Counted from the whole stretch's first letter, positions 36,108-50,989 are shown. The stretch: 63,986 bases of DNA, filler included, from Reticulomyxa filosa (GCA_000512085.1; 22 parts of 22 records of this genome joined end to end with filler, not necessarily neighbours in it); one strand, 5' to 3'. The notes: a model not told the origin generated them from the sequence alone. Numbers and translations: made by a program.

Positions 36108-37299
36108 ATGAGTTTGAAAAAGAATATTGAAAATAAATCACTGAAGACATGAACATAGAGACCAATAAAAAAGAGAAAATACAGCAAGTGGTAAATTTTC
36201 ATCTTCATGGAGAAAATAAACAATCTTCTAGTATATTTTTGTTCAATTAAAAAAAGTCAGAAAAAGAAATAAGTACAATAATTCAAAATTGGCTTCGTAT
36301 TTTGAATATCAGATTAGGATGGATATATGATTTTGATAAAATTATTCAAAAATATGTAAGTTATTTTGTTTTTTTCTTGTCAAGTAAAAATATTTGATAC
36401 AATCAAAAATATAGATTAAATATTTCAAATTATTGCAAACTTTACAAGGACATAAAGCTGTGGTAAGAATTGTAAAATTTTCACCAGATGGTCGTACGAT
36501 TCTTTCAGCATCCTTTGATTTTACTCTCAAATTATGGGATGTTGCTTCCGGAAAACAAATTCAAGATTTTGAAGGACATAGTGATTATATTCGTGGTGCA
36601 GGATTTTCTCCAGGTGGACATATTATTGTATCATGTTCATGGGATGAAACAATAAGATTGTGGAACGTGGACTCAGGAAAAGAAATTATGAAATTGGAAG
36701 GAAAATTAAGTTTAGTGTTAGATGTAAGTTTTTCTCCGGATGGTAAAAATATTGTGGCAGGTTCTTCTGACAATATGATACGATTATGGGATGTTAATTC
36801 TGGAAAATTAATTCGAACATTAAGAGGACATTCAAATGAATTACGAAATGTGCAATATTCACCAGATGGTCAATTGATTTTATCATCATCTCATGATGAA
36901 ACAATTGCTCTATGGGATGCAAAATCTGGTAAAAGATTAAAACAGTTCATAGGACATTCTGGTCCTGTAATGCGTGTAGCATTTTCTCCAAATGGTCAAT
37001 TTATTGCGTCATGTTCAACCGATAAAACAATTCGAATATGGAATGTGGAAACATGCAAAGAATTTCAAATGTTAAAAGGACATTTACAGGTTGTGAATGA
37101 TTTAAAATATTTCCCAGATGGACAAACACTTGTATCTTGCTCAGATGACAAGACAATTTGTTTATGGGATTTAAAGTCTGGGAATGAGCTACAGAAGTTA
37201 GAAGGACATATTAATCGAATAACATCTGTGGATATTTCACCAAATGGTAATACAATTGTATCAGGTTCTTTTGATCAAACCATCCGAATTTGGGAATGA
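36108..37299 (+). CDS. WD40-repeat protein, 7 highly similar repeats
   Basis: Seven GH..FSPDG..S.D.TIRLWD units preceded by the family exon EKEISTIIQNWLRILNIRLGWIYDFDKIIQKY. The first exon frame is uncertain. Confidence 0.92.
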
Positions 37300-38283
37300 A
37301 CAAACTTTGGCATTTCATTTAAGATTGAACATATTCTTACTTGATAGCAGAAAATCTAGAAATGTATTAAATTTTTTAAAAAGGTTGACAATGTACAAAA
37401 ATTGTCATTTTTTTTTATTGAAATTTTATAAAAGTTAAAATTTTTGCTGGCATTGAATGTTCAAAATCGCAGTTTTATTTTTCGTAAAATATTAAAGATT
37501 TCAAAAAATATCATTTTTCATAAATAAAACCGCAATATTCGTAAGTATTCGTTTTAGGGAATTTTTTTCAAACACTCCAATTTTGTGAACAAGTTTGCCC
37601 GCCCCATCCAATATAGACATAGCGCGCATAAAAACAAAAAGAGAAGGAAAAAAAACAAGTTGTTCAACAAATCAAAACACACATCAACTACAATCGTTAA
37701 GGTAAATGAATAATATGGATTTCACAACAATAAAAACCAAAATTCATTATCGGAGAAACGTAGCTGTACTGATACCAGATGCATCTTTGATTGCCACATT
37801 TTTTTAGGATGGTGTCATATGTCCTCTCTTCATGATGTAATGCACATCTTCATCACTGTGGCATAGCCTTCAAATATTTGTTTATAATAACTGAAAAAAT
37901 AAACTGAAGTAATATGAAGTAACAAATTAATCAAAAACAACAACGATTGATGTATACGCACAATGATTTAAATTAAATATTTTTCTTGCATTTGTCTGAA
38001 AGCATTGAAACTTCCTTTTGTAATGTCAAATTGTGTATTGGATATTTAGACAGACCGATCTAACATATAGTTGATTCGTTTGAACTATTATTTCATTCAG
38101 CATGTGGCATTACAAAGAAAAGCGTCAAACTTAATCACTTTTTTGTGATATTTGAAATGATCCAACATCAAACGTTAGGAAGGCTATTATTTTTAAAATG
38201 AAATAGTAAAAAAAAGATTTGTGAATTGAAAAATGAGTAATTTTGTTTAATTTGTATTGTTTAATTATAAACGAAAAAAGAAA

Positions 38284-39571
38284 TCAATTCCATTGATCAC
38301 CAGCAATACAATTAGTATCACTTCTTCGATTAATCCAACAACATGGACATACTTGATTTCTTAAATTGACAGTATCTCTACACCAAACAATTAACATAAT
38401 ACGCTCACCTTTAGTGACAGGAGTAACTTGATGTAATAATCTCCCAGGGTGTATAATAGCATATCCTTGTTGACAAATAATTTCATAAATATCTTCAGTT
38501 GATGCTGAATTATTACGTAGTCCATGTAAGATAAGTTTTCCTCCTTCAAAATTTTTAGTTAAACAAATATTTAATGTAATTTCACTGTCATCTGTATGAG
38601 GTATTAATTCCGATCTTAAGAACAAAAGATTATCAGAAGACGTAGTTATTTGTTGTTGTTTTAATAATTCCTCTTTAGAGCGATATCCAATCAAATATCC
38701 ATGTCTCCAATTTAATTTACGAATTTGTGACTTAACAGATGGATCAGTACTGACACATTTACAATTATAATATAATTCAGATTGATAAATTTTTGTAGCA
38801 ATGCCATTCACTATTTCATTCAATAATAAGTCATTCAACCAATGGAGTGACATCCAATCTAACACACATCGTTTCAGTGATAACAATAACTCGGTATTTT
38901 GTTTTTTTTCTTTTTCTTTTTCTTCTCCTTCTTTTTCTTTTTTTTCTGATAAATTCTGTATAAATGTTACAAACTGTTTTCCATGATATACAATTTGTTC
39001 ACAAAATTCTTTACAAAGCAATGGGAAGCTATAGACGTGTTCAATTTCTTCTACCAATAATTCAGAGATCTATTTTATTTTACGATTATTATCATTGCTG
39101 TGATTGTTGTAAAATAATAACAAAAAGGACAACACAAGACAAACTGCATTAAAATTCCAATTACAATAAAGTTTTCCATCGCCTTTGATATCAATATCAA
39201 CATTTTCCAAAAATTTCGGATGAAACACTTTCTCAAAATTTCGAACATAATCAAATTTGTGTAATATGCCTTCTTTAAATTCGTTGGTAATTTCGTAAAT
39301 TGACATTAGTTGTTGTTTTTGTTTGGAAATTAAAGCTAGTGTTTGATGAAAATAATTTTCTAATTTATTTATATCTGCTATATTCCAACGCAATAAATAA
39401 TTTGGATAATGATCTAAACCAAATAATCCATGTAGTTGAGTTGACAGTACTTCGTTTTTTATTACTTTTGAAGTGTTTTGTGCATTTTCAGTTTTTTTCT
39501 AACAGTTTTTCATTTACTGAGCTATAAGGAGAAATAGTTGGCTCGTTAACAATTTCTGGTTTTTTAGCCAT
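38284..39571 (-). CDS. 2OG-Fe(II) oxygenase (OGFOD2/lysyl-hydroxylase-like)
   Basis: PHTDDSEITLNICL..FEGGKL..HPGRLLHQVTPVTKGERIMLIVW gives HxD..H..R. Intron ~39070-39144. The 5' end is uncertain. Confidence 0.85.
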
Positions 39572-39893
39572 TTTTATACTTAAAATAATGCTTAAAGGTT
39601 CCTTGGAAAAACAAACTCTACCTTCCTCTTCAGATTTTATTTAAACAGTAAACATTCCCAAAGTTTGAAAATCGAAAATAGTTTATCTTCCAAAAAATAC
39701 CCGTAATATCTTGTAATTTATAATCATTTACAGTTAAATAGCACGTTCAAAGTAGTCGATTGGCTATAAATGATCAACGTCCATCCAATTTTTAAAAAAC
39801 GATAAACCCTTCACAAAATTCTATTTCAAATTGGAAATAAAGAAAAGTAATACTACAGACAACTTTTAGGCAGCAGGAATGTTCTAAAAAACC

Positions 39894-40310
39894 TTAGACC
39901 CTTTTTTTAAAAAATCCTTCCAATGCTTGTTCATAGTATTCAATTGCATTGTCGCACATTTTTTTATTGTAATAAATTTCTCCTAAATTATTGTATGAGT
40001 TAGTAATATTAATCTGCACTGACTTGGCATCATCTAGTCCATGTTTTAATGCATTTTCGTAATTTTCAATAGCATTATCCCACTGATTATTCTTGTAATA
40101 GGAATTTCCTAAATTATTGTGCAACAAAGCAATCTCCTTGTGATTTTTTTAAAAAATATTCAATGCTTGTTCATAGTATTCAATAGCTTTGTCATATTGT
40201 TTATTATTATAATAATAATCTCCCAACAAACAGGAATTGCATTATATAATAACAAAATGATAACTGAAACTAAAAATATCAAACAGATGTTGCAATTATT
40301 TTGATACCCT
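39894..40310 (-). pseudogene. TPR-repeat protein fragment, degraded
   Basis: YDKAIEYYEQAL, HNNLGNSYY..WDNAIENYENAL and YNNLGEIYY..DNAIEYYEQAL, with frameshifts. Confidence 0.8.
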
Positions 40311-42967
40311 NNNNNNNNNNNNNNNNNNNNNNNNNNNNNNNNNNNNNNNNNNNNTTAATTAATTAANNNNNNNNNNNNNNNNNNNNNNNNNNNNNNNNNN
40401 NNNNNNNNNNGGTAATAAATTCAAAATTGCGTTAATAGAAAGAAATGGTCCTTTCTAAAAAATAAGTGAACCCCAAATAAAATTTAAAAAATTGTGTTGT
40501 ATAAGATGCATCACCCTTTTTTTAAATTAAAAAATAAAAGTCAAAAACAAAACTCGTTCCAATGATAAGTGGCTAAGATACCTCCCAAAGTTTGAAATAC
40601 ACAATCGTAGAATCCAATTACCACTCCACTCACTCTTGGAATCATCGATGGCAATCATTGCGTGGATTTGAACTCGTGATATTTTCCAAACGTTTCACCA
40701 TTTTTTTGTTCGTACATATTTTAAAACTTTTTATTCGAATATGTTATGTCAGTGGACAAACACATGTGTTTCCTGGCTAAACCCCAGTCACTGTCAGTCT
40801 TATTGTCTGCTTTGATTGAGTGTATTCTGTTGCTCTCAGTTCTGCTAAGTTGTTTTTTTTTCCAACTAAATACGCCGTTCCAAACAACTCTCGGCAAAAT
40901 GTTCGCTTTGAAAAGATCAAGACACTCCATTTGGACGAGGAATTGATCACAAAAGAAGAGCTTGGCAACATAAAAAGGTATTATACCCGAGTTTTTTTTA
41001 CAAAAACGGAAACGTGAACACCCTTCTTTTATGTACAAGCCTTTTAAAGTATTGCATTAAATTGTGCCAAGGAGATTTAGTGCTTTTTTAAAAAATAATA
41101 TAATAAACAAGCAAATTTGAAGCAAAATACTGATTTCAATTTTTGTTTTTTTTCGATTAGGCGCTGAATAACTTCACTTGAAAAAAAGCACAAAACATCG
41201 AAAGACTTTAAGTTGAAAGTAAAAAAAAAACCCCTTGCATCATCGAACCTATCATTGAAACAATCTGTTATCATTTGGCTCATATGTTACCCAAGAAGAA
41301 ATTGATGATGAGTCTATTTACAAGTTTTTTTTCTTGGAGAAAGCTGCTGACAAAGAGAAAAAAAGAAAAGACTAAAGAGACAGAGATAAACTCAGGGTTA
41401 TCCAATCGACAGTGGACAACAATCCTGAACATGTTTAGGAAGCCACTAAATGCCCATTTGCCAATAGCAGAGGTATGTTTACACAGAGTAATCACCAAAT
41501 AAAGAAAATACGCATTAAAAAAAAAAATCAATGAGATAGAGAATCAATCACTATTGATTGTTCCAAAATTCTCAATGCTTGGTTTGTTCAATTTTTTGTT
41601 CTTTGTTGTTTGCACTAACGATAATAATGATTGGATAAACAAACAATAAAAAAAGATTTTCAATTTTTAACTTTAATGACCCCAAGTGGACGTAAACGCA
41701 CGTGCTTATTTCATTGATGTATCTGACGCTATGGATAGCAATAAATTATTGAAGGCCAAGCAAAAAAAAAAAAAAAAAAAGGAAACTAATATGTATTAAT
41801 TATAGAGTGTTACCGAATACAATATAAAATAGTGATATAATATGCGATCTAATGCAACATGTTGATATTTTATGTTATTGATAGTTTTAAACTACTACAC
41901 AGCATATTAAGTAGTTTGCACGTTTGGATATAACTAGACTTGCCTTTTCATTCTTACCTCCACTTGTTCATAACTTTTCGCATATCGTTGGTAGTTGTTT
42001 CATTTGATTGCCCATTCTCAGTCGATCTCCCTTTTGATACTCAGATAACACATGAATTATACGTTGTGCACGTAGTCGCATGCAATGGTCTATATACTTT
42101 TAAATCCATGATAAAATCAAATTGCAAATGCATTGTAAGTTTGTGTGTTTTTTTTTTTCATTGATTTGACGAAAATGTTTGAAAGAAAAAAAAAGATATT
42201 GTGTTTGATTTGAATGACAATAGTAAGTGTATTTGGACAGTTTATTTAAAAAAGCAATGTAAATTGTATATATTACTCATCATGAACGAGTGGTAGTCAT
42301 AAATGTAGTATCCAAAAATTGATTTAACTTTTATCTGAAGAAAAGAATACTAGAAGCTATAGATGGAATCATTATTAATAATATAAATTTAAATTTAAAT
42401 TTAAATTAATAAATTTACACAATCAAATCCAACAAAAGAAAAAGAAAAAAAATAAAATGGAATGCATCAACGAGACGATCAGGAGCCTGTAAAAATATAC
42501 AAATATGTGTCCAATTATTTCAAGTAAACAAATGCTGTAATATGTAATCATATGATGAAACAAACATAATTATATATAAATTAAAGCTGGAAAAGATGTC
42601 AACGAAACTAGGACAATTCGAGCATCTCGCTGTGACGGCCGTACATTTTTGTGTTGTTGGTTGGCCACTTCAGAGTATTGCAAGTGGGTTGCTTGCACAT
42701 ACTCTAATAACCAAATAATGGTAGACCTCTTGAATGAGGGATGCAATGCACCCCTAAGCACACGTCAATACCTATTGACACACGCCACATGGCTGGTAAT
42801 AGATAAGACGTGTCGAGTGGAGTCGTCGTCGCTTCGCCTCTGTTTGTCCACACTAGTGGACGTTTTTNNNNNNNNNNNNNNNNNNNNNNNNNNNNNNNNN
42901 NNNNNNNNNNNTTAATTAATTAANNNNNNNNNNNNNNNNNNNNNNNNNNNNNNNNNNNNNNNNNNNN

Positions 42968-45322
42968 GATAGTCAGCCATTAAACGACAAAGTGAATGAT
43001 ATTACCACAAAATTGTTGGCAGAAGGTATAACCACTTTGCAAAATTTGAACATCTGGATTAATCTTTTCAATTACGACATTAAAAAGAATCAAAATCAAT
43101 GGTTAAATCTGCTGACTCAATCGCTAAGGAAGTGGTGGTTTTCTGACTGTTTTGGTGAGAAATTCACTGGCAAGTGCTATCATCGCAAGGTAATATGGTT
43201 CCTCCACCCTTCTCGGTACAATAACATTAAGAAAGACTTTCGCAAAGTATTTAAGGAATTGGGAATCAAACGCCAATTGTTTTCATTTTGACAACAAATG
43301 TTGGGATGACGAATCTTGTAATGAGTTGAAAAATCATGTGATTGAATCGCTCTCAAGGCAAGATGGCAGTATCAATGGATGGACGTGGTTGTTGTTATTG
43401 ATTATCAAAATTCCATCTGAACAGTATTGTCAAAACAATCTTTTTTCCGTGTTTTACTTTGTTGACTAAGACATAAAACTATCAAACAAAACAAAACAAA
43501 AAACACAAATGTGACAGTGATGCATCATACTGGATAAATGCGAACGTTGTTCTTAATGAAGATAAGGAAGAAGAAAATATCTCACCAAATAAGGAAAGTA
43601 AACACGATCCCGAGTTATTAAGGAACCAATTGGAATACTGTGCTGCATGTGTTGGATGGAAAAAATTTTTGATTGAGTGTCAAACAATAGCAATTATTGA
43701 TAATTTGTGGCAGTTTATCCAAGAGACGTTGGAGACATTAGATGATATTATCGAAAACGATAAACTCACTTTTTCTCTTTGTGATTTCCTAAAAAAGGAT
43801 GAAAATGAAGTGCGTATTCGTAAATTAGGTGAAAATGTAATTGACTTATCAAATCTAAATCCTGTAATGGAAAAATTTGTTTACTACAAAACATTGGCGG
43901 ACAATTTTATGATAGTTGTACGTAGTTATTTGAAAAAACCTCCTGCGGATTTGGAAGAATTTTATAAATTTTGTAGAAATTTGGATCATTATTATCTTTC
44001 AGATTTTGAAACCAAATTTAAACCCAAATTTGAAAAAGAAAAATTGCTGAGTGAGATATTTCAATCGATGGCAGACAGAGAGAAAAGTGAACTATTTCAT
44101 ATAATGTGGAACAAGAAACAAACCAATCCAATTTCCACTATTAATCTTGTAGACATATTTAAACAGGCAGATTCGGATTGGAATATTTTAATTTCCAAAA
44201 TTAAAAACAAAACATTACAATATATCGATTTAGAGCCATACCAGGTTACAAACTGGAAATTGGAGGTGGACATTTTGTTTCCCGAAACCAAACACCAAGA
44301 AAAAGACACAATAAAAAGCTATTTACAAGACATAGAAAACGCCTCTTATTTTTTGCAAACAAGAGATCACTTGAGACTATTAAAAAACGCAACCATGATA
44401 ATTCAAAATATCCATAAAAATAAAATTTTGAAAGACAATGAAGTGTGGCAACATTTTGTATATATCGTTGCTCAATCGGAACAAAAAAAGGACAAAGCAT
44501 CCATAAAGGAGGCGTCAGAATGGTATTTGAAATGTAGACATTATTTTGGGGATATTTCAAATAAACGAGATGTTTTGGAACTCATTTGCAATAATGAGAA
44601 AAAAATTCAAGATTTGGCAACTAATGAGATTTTTACAGTTCAATCACAATTTGAATTTACAATTCAAAGAATGGATGACTCCCAAAATGAAAAGTTTCGT
44701 CAATTGGTTAGCCCATTGCGTGAGATCAATCAAACAATGAAAAAGATAATCTGGGATATCAAATTTGAATCGAGTTGTGAATTGGCAAAGGCTATACTTA
44801 CACTTTCCGAACAAAGCAATAATTTTGGCATCAAGTTGGCAAAGTGTTTGGGCATGGATTTTAAAGGACTTTTTCAATTGGTTAAGGAAGGTGATCAATT
44901 GTCCGTGGTAAAAGGGCTTGGACAATTCGAGAAAGCAGGTCAAACAGGCGAATGGGTATTTAGTGATTATGAAACAATGTTTGGTCATCAATTAAATTCC
45001 ATTCCAAATTTTTCTACAAAGATCAAATCAAAAGTGGATAAATATGAAGGATTGACTTTGCAATTTGGAATAACTTCTTTGAATTATGATTCAATCGAGA
45101 ATGCACTCGATCGATTGAAGCTTGGTTTGGATAGTGAAGGAAAAAAAAAAATTGAAGAGATAGTCTTGCAATATGAAATTTGCAAAGAAATATATGCAAT
45201 TCGAATTGATTATTGGGAAAGAGGTGGACGTGACAAAAAGGAAAAGTTAACATTACAAGCTAAAGATTCGATTGAGAAATTTGAAAATAACAAAAAAGAT
45301 TGGATTGATGGATTGAACAAAT
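42968..45322 (+). CDS. Fragment of a giant helical protein, possibly the RNF213-like pre-AAA region
   Basis: More than 560 open codons, helical composition. C-terminal LNYDSIENALDRLKL..IRIDYWERGG resembles the segment preceding the RNF213 AAA core (weak recall, no search). Confidence 0.45.
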
Positions 45323-45456
45323 NNNNNNNNNNNNNNNNNNNNNNNNNNNNNNNNNNNNNNNNNNNNTTAATTAATTAANNNNNNNNNNNNNNNNNNNNNN
45401 NNNNNNNNNNNNNNNNNNNNNNTACATATATGTATATATGTATATATACTAAATCT

Positions 45457-47005
45457 AGGGAGTGTATCCAAAAGTATCAACAATTGGAAAGAAAAAGACA
45501 AGAATTGGAGAGCGAACGACGGGAATGCGAAACGTTTCTGAACGAGACGAAGAGGAGTTTGCAACAATTGCAAAGCGAAAACAATGAATCGGATCAAAAT
45601 AACGAATTAGAGAAGAACCGATACGAAGCAGAGAAAGTGCACTGCGAGCAAAGACTAGACGATGCGTCATCGACTTTGGCGTATGTCCAACGCCAAATCC
45701 ATGATGCCATTGCTCCTTTGAAACATAGCGACTCCAAAATGTACCAGCAGTTCAAGACGCAGCCATCCAAGCGTTGCTATGACTTGGCCACGAGAGAAGA
45801 TATCATGCTGTGCCATTTGGAGGATGTGGAGGGGTTAGAGATCCCCTCATTGCTGGTCTTCAAAGTCGTGATGCAATATATGATCAATGAACAAATCCAT
45901 TTGAAGACCACTGCGGACGAATATCGCAAAACCGTGCAGCATCTTGAGCGGCTCAAAAAACAAATGCAAGATGAGTTTGACAATGGGATCCGACAAAAAA
46001 ACGTGTTAATTGAAAAGCTGCAAAACACGCTTCAATTGCAACAACAAGACGACGATATCCTTTTCGACAAAGAAAGCATCCTCCAATGTCATAATGATCT
46101 CTCCGAGTCCGTCCGTGATCCCAAATCTTGCTCCGAATTCAAACGTCCCTTTGTCCCATCCGAGTCCTTTTTTCCTTTGTACTACACTCCCTGTCTGCCA
46201 AGGAAAAGGCCTTTGTCGGAGCAAACAAGTTCAATTTTTTTTTTTCATATTGGTAATTTATGATGATGATGATGATGATGATGATAACTTATATTTTTTT
46301 TTTTTTTTTTTTCATAATTGAGACAGATGATACCGACATTGCACAAGTAAATGCCCTGGCACCTCCAACTGTTCGGCCCAAGCTTAGTGGTGACTTTCTT
46401 AATCCTGCGTTGACAGTGGGTCAAAACAATAACAAGCCGAACGACGAGGAAGAAACACTACCACTTCACCAGGACACAAACAATACAAACGACAGCTCCC
46501 AAATGGATTTGGATGAAACGAATGAAGTCGTGGATGAAAATGCTCCATCCTTTTACAATGCCAATCCTACAGCTTTTCATTCCCATCGCAATTGTGTGCC
46601 CATGTTGGATATACACAAAAGCCGTATGTACTTGTAAAATAAAAATCTAAAATAATAAATAGAACGGCTTTTTTGTTGATTTGAAACGACAAACAGCTTG
46701 CATTGTTTTGAATTTTTTTTACACACACAAAAAAAAAAATAATAATAAAAAATAAAGATGTAAAAACGATGAATACACGCCCTTCTTTCAGTTCAATCAA
46801 GAAATACTGCACCTGCCCAAGAAAAAACAATATTCGTGCACGATTAAACAGCACTTCTGTTAGTCAAAGTGGCGCTCCAAAACAGGTATCCGGCGAAAGT
46901 ATACTCAGGCTCAATAACGTGCGCAGTGCACGTCTAGAGGAGCCGCCAACCAAAAGTGATAATATCTTTTTGTTGCGTAGTTCTATTACACATGCTAAAC
47001 AGTGA
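45457..47005 (+). CDS. Coiled-coil protein with disordered C-terminus (5'-partial, multi-exon)
   Basis: Heptad-rich 277-aa ORF followed by ORFs 46324-46637 and ~46800-47005 separated by intron-like tracts. Confidence 0.6.
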
Positions 47006-47387
47006 GTCCGTTAAAGTAAAACAGCAAAGAAGGGAGTTGTTTTTTCAATTTATTTTTTTGCAACTCTATCAGTATTTACCTTATTTAACTTGTGAATTTT
47101 TTTCTCTTCAATCCTTAAAAAAATCAAACTTCGGCTATGTATTTGTCTATAAATATCTTCGCTGAAAAATTGAAATAAAACTATTCTCTAAGTACAAGAA
47201 TGAGAGTAAAAGTAAAGAAATGGAATTATGTAAGAAAATGCTGTTGGATAATTAAATGTGAAGGAAAAAAGATGTAATTTTTTGATATTTGATAGTAAAT
47301 GATGTGATGTCTCTTTCTCTTAAAAAAAAAAAAAGGATAAGTGAAGAGACATTTTGAAAAAGTATGTTTTTTTTTATTTAAAAAAAA

Positions 47388-48022
47388 TCATCTAAGCCAT
47401 TGGGTTCTCGCTTTTTGAAAAGCATCAGAAAGAGTGTCTTGAGATAATGGTGAAATTTCCCGCATTTGTACGCGACTGGTAACGGCATCCCCAGCAGTTT
47501 CAAAGATGATCCCATCATCACATATTTCATCAATAGCAAGTAAGATATAATCCATGTTATCAATAATTGAGCGACTGTCAACATTATTTCTATATATGTA
47601 TATTATAATGTGTATTTATTTATTAAAGCAGTAAAAAATTAACAATCTTACCTCAATAATGCATTTAATGCATCTTCTAATCCTTTTAATACTTCATCCA
47701 TTATTAATTCATTTGCTGTTGGTGAAGCAATTAATAACAGTCTTACTGTTTGAAATGACTTAAATAACACTAAATGATCATTGTATAACATTACATCTGT
47801 TTCATTTTTTGCTTGAGATCGATTAATTTTATTTAAAATTCCAGTTTCAAATTTTGTTTGAGATTCTTTTCCTTCAAATTCTTCCAGTTTGCAATAGTAT
47901 TTTGCGCACAAACGGTTTCCGTTTGCGTCTGCTATCACTATGGCTTCTACTTGAGGAGCCAATTCTGCATATTGTGGCTCTGATTTTGTACTTGCAGGTT
48001 TTTTTTGTGCTAATTGTGTCAT
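47388..48022 (-). CDS. COPZ: Coatomer subunit zeta
   Basis: [62 protein letters not shown]. Intron 47590-47651. Confidence 0.92.
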
Positions 48023-49460
48023 CTTTTCAAAATTTTTTTTTATTTCTCTCAAATTTTTAAAGTTTTTTGTGTTCCCTTTTGGCCAGACAAAAGTTTCTTC
48101 TGTAATAATTTTAAAAAAATTAATTCACAATTACCTTCTTTTTTCATCTCAAAACAAAATAATGGCAAAAACAAAAAACAAAAATCATTGAATAACCGCT
48201 GTCGTTACATTATTATATTGAATTTTCTGTTTTCCAAAAAAACATATAAGTTTTTAGCCCATGTTCATTTTGAACTTCTTAACTTTTGTTGCCAGATCTC
48301 AATTAATACCCTTAACTATAGTAAGCACGTTCGTGTGCTGACATGCTGGCTTCAACATAGCCAAGACGATGATATTTTGTTCCTGTTTTTATTTGATTTG
48401 TAAAATAACAGATGGCAATTAGTGATGATTACAAAGTGGCATCTAGATTGAATACTGGCAAGGAATAGAGTTAAATTTTTTATAAGTTGAAGCGAACTTA
48501 AAAAACAATAAAAAAGGTCTAATTCTGTACGGATGATAATCAAGATTTTTTCTTTTTTAATTTTCCTTTATCCGATTACAACCAACCGACTGGAAAGGAC
48601 AAATAGGAAAATAAAAAATATTGATTTTGAAAAAATTGGTTCAAATTTTTAGTTTTTTTGATTGGATTGAGTCGTTGCACTTGAAAAAAAATGAAACATA
48701 GAGACAAAAAAAAGCCATCTTGCATAATAGAATTTTACATATCTTTGAAACCGAATTTAACACAATAAACAAAAGAATTACTCACAGTGTTTACGCAAGG
48801 TTGTTGTGTTTTCGCAACATATTGAAATCGTAAAAAAAAGAAATGAAAAAGCACATGAATTGGCATCAATGTCATATTTAGCAAACATTGAAAGTGTGTT
48901 TTCGACACTTCGAAAACAATGAATTATATGATTCAGTTTAACAATGTTCACGTAATCAACTATGATTATCAACATTGAATAGCTAAAATTGTTTTTGCAG
49001 TTGTTGATTGATATTTATTTACAACATTTGAGATTTTGTTTTTTTTGATATTTTAATGCTTAGCCAATACTTGAAATATGTTTTTTCGTTTGTTACTATT
49101 GTGGTATTTGATAAATTTTTGATGATCTGTTTTTCTTTATAGTATTGTGTTCCTTTTGAGACGAGTTGCTATTTTTTAACTGGTACAATATCTTAATTTT
49201 CGGTAAAAAATATATAAAAAAAGTATAATATTTGTTGTGTACCAAATGCGTAAAAACAAAAAACTGACTACAAAAAACTCTTTTTTTGCTACAACCTGTT
49301 AAAAGCGAAAGGGCAAGAGACACTTGTCGCACAAACGTACTTTCAAAAAAACTTTTTTCTTTGGAGCTTTTTTTTGAAGAAAAAAAGGAGAGAAACAACT
49401 GACGAGTGCAATATAATTTGAATATCGAGAAGGAAAACAATAGAGAAAGGGCAGAGAAAG

Positions 49461-49963
49461 ATGTTTGACCTTGAATTGCATGTACTTGTGGCTGTAATTT
49501 GTCTGTGCAGTTCTTTGGTGTTGACACCAGTTATGGGGTTTTACACGTGGCGGTACATAATGTTAAAAGATCGGGCGTATATCCGTCAGCGCCATTTCGG
49601 ATTGGTAGTAGTAACAGAATGCTTATTATTTCTCCTTGTGGCCGCGGAACGGCCTCTGACGTATATGATTTACACCGGTGGCTTGAGTTCAAACGTTGTA
49701 CTGATACAAATTGAAAATGTGTTGTGGGGTTTATGTTTCGCTGGAATTTTGTTGTTCGTTTGCTGGAGATATTGGATATTTTATTGTGACATTAACATTT
49801 ATCAAAACAAAAGAAATCGCAATTGGACAGAAATTATCAATCCAATATCCTCCAAAGCTGACTTTTGGTTGCAGCACATTGCTACGTATGCGAATATTCG
49901 ATGGTGTAGTTTCCGTGTCATGCTTTTGTGTTTCCTTTTGGCAAGCGTGCAAATTGCGTTACG

Positions 49964-50001
<38 letters not shown>

Positions 50002-50008
50002 GGGGGGG
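49461..50008 (+). CDS. Multi-pass (7TM-like) membrane protein, N-terminal part
   Basis: Four hydrophobic helices with IRQRH after TM1, WRYWIFYCDI after TM3 and WTEIINP..FW..TYAN loop. Resembles the N-terminus of 7TM-RGS proteins (inference). Confidence 0.6.
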
Positions 50009-50108
50009 NNNNNNNNNNNNNNNNNNNNNNNNNNNNNNNNNNNNNNNNNNNNTTAATTAATTAANNNNNNNNNNNNNNNNNNNNNNNNNNNNNNNNNNNN
50101 NNNNNNNN

Positions 50109-50140
<32 letters not shown>

Positions 50141-50141
<1 letters not shown>

Positions 50142-50989
50142 AATGAGCGCTTCAATAGCGAAGGTTTAATGAAACTACGTATCAATAGTGCAGGGGGTGA
50201 AACGTATATGCACTTTGATAGCACTTGGAATCACTTCTTACAAGTGTACGGCGAAAAGATATTTATATTGATATCTCCAGAACAAATCAATGAATGGAAG
50301 CCTTATCCTGCAATTCATCCACATTCTTCGCACTCTCAACGTGATGACTTATTTTCTCATCATCGTAATAATAATAATAATAATAATAATAATGATAATC
50401 AGGAAGAAGGAAACAATAAACAAATGAAAGACATTTGGATTGCTCATTTAAAGGCAGGAGATATATTGGTCATTCCTCCTTATTGGGCACATCACGTGAT
50501 CACTTCTCCTGACATGTACAGCATTTCCTTGCACCATTGGATGAATTCAATGGAGTATTTGCTTGCCAATCACGTATTGTATGCTTATCCGTTACCTTTT
50601 GAAGCAACGTGGCCTTTGCACGTTAAAGTTTTTGCTTTGTTGGAATATTTCCAAAACGTTGCTGGGCTTTGGAAACGTATCAAGCAAGTCCGATACCTGA
50701 ACTTACTTGAAATGGATTTATTGATGCGAGATAAAAGCAAAGAGAATGAAATGAAATCGATATGTATCGATCACAAAAGTGATCAAGCTTTGTGGAAAAC
50801 CCATGCTCCTCAACATGACGATGCCAAGTTTCAAAATGCCCAAAAGAGACTCGAGACTGGCTTTCCAAGGATATGCATTTCACTTCAAATGCAATCAAAT
50901 ATCTTTTGTTTGAAAACTATATGGAATATGTTCTCAATTTGCTTGTCGGAACTGAATATGTTGTTTCATTCATCCTTTATTGTTGTTAA
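50141..50989 (+). CDS. JmjC/cupin-8 hydroxylase (FIH/JMJD-like), 5'-partial
   Basis: TYMHFDSTWNHFLQVYGEKIFIL..YPAIHP..LKAGDILVIPPYWAHHV gives HxD..H. Probable frameshift near 50850; the more plausible C-terminus ends FILYCC* at 50989. Confidence 0.85.

Noticed and set aside
40411-42867. Cluster of short ORFs
   Set aside because: No motif or coherent exon chain; probably decayed sequence.
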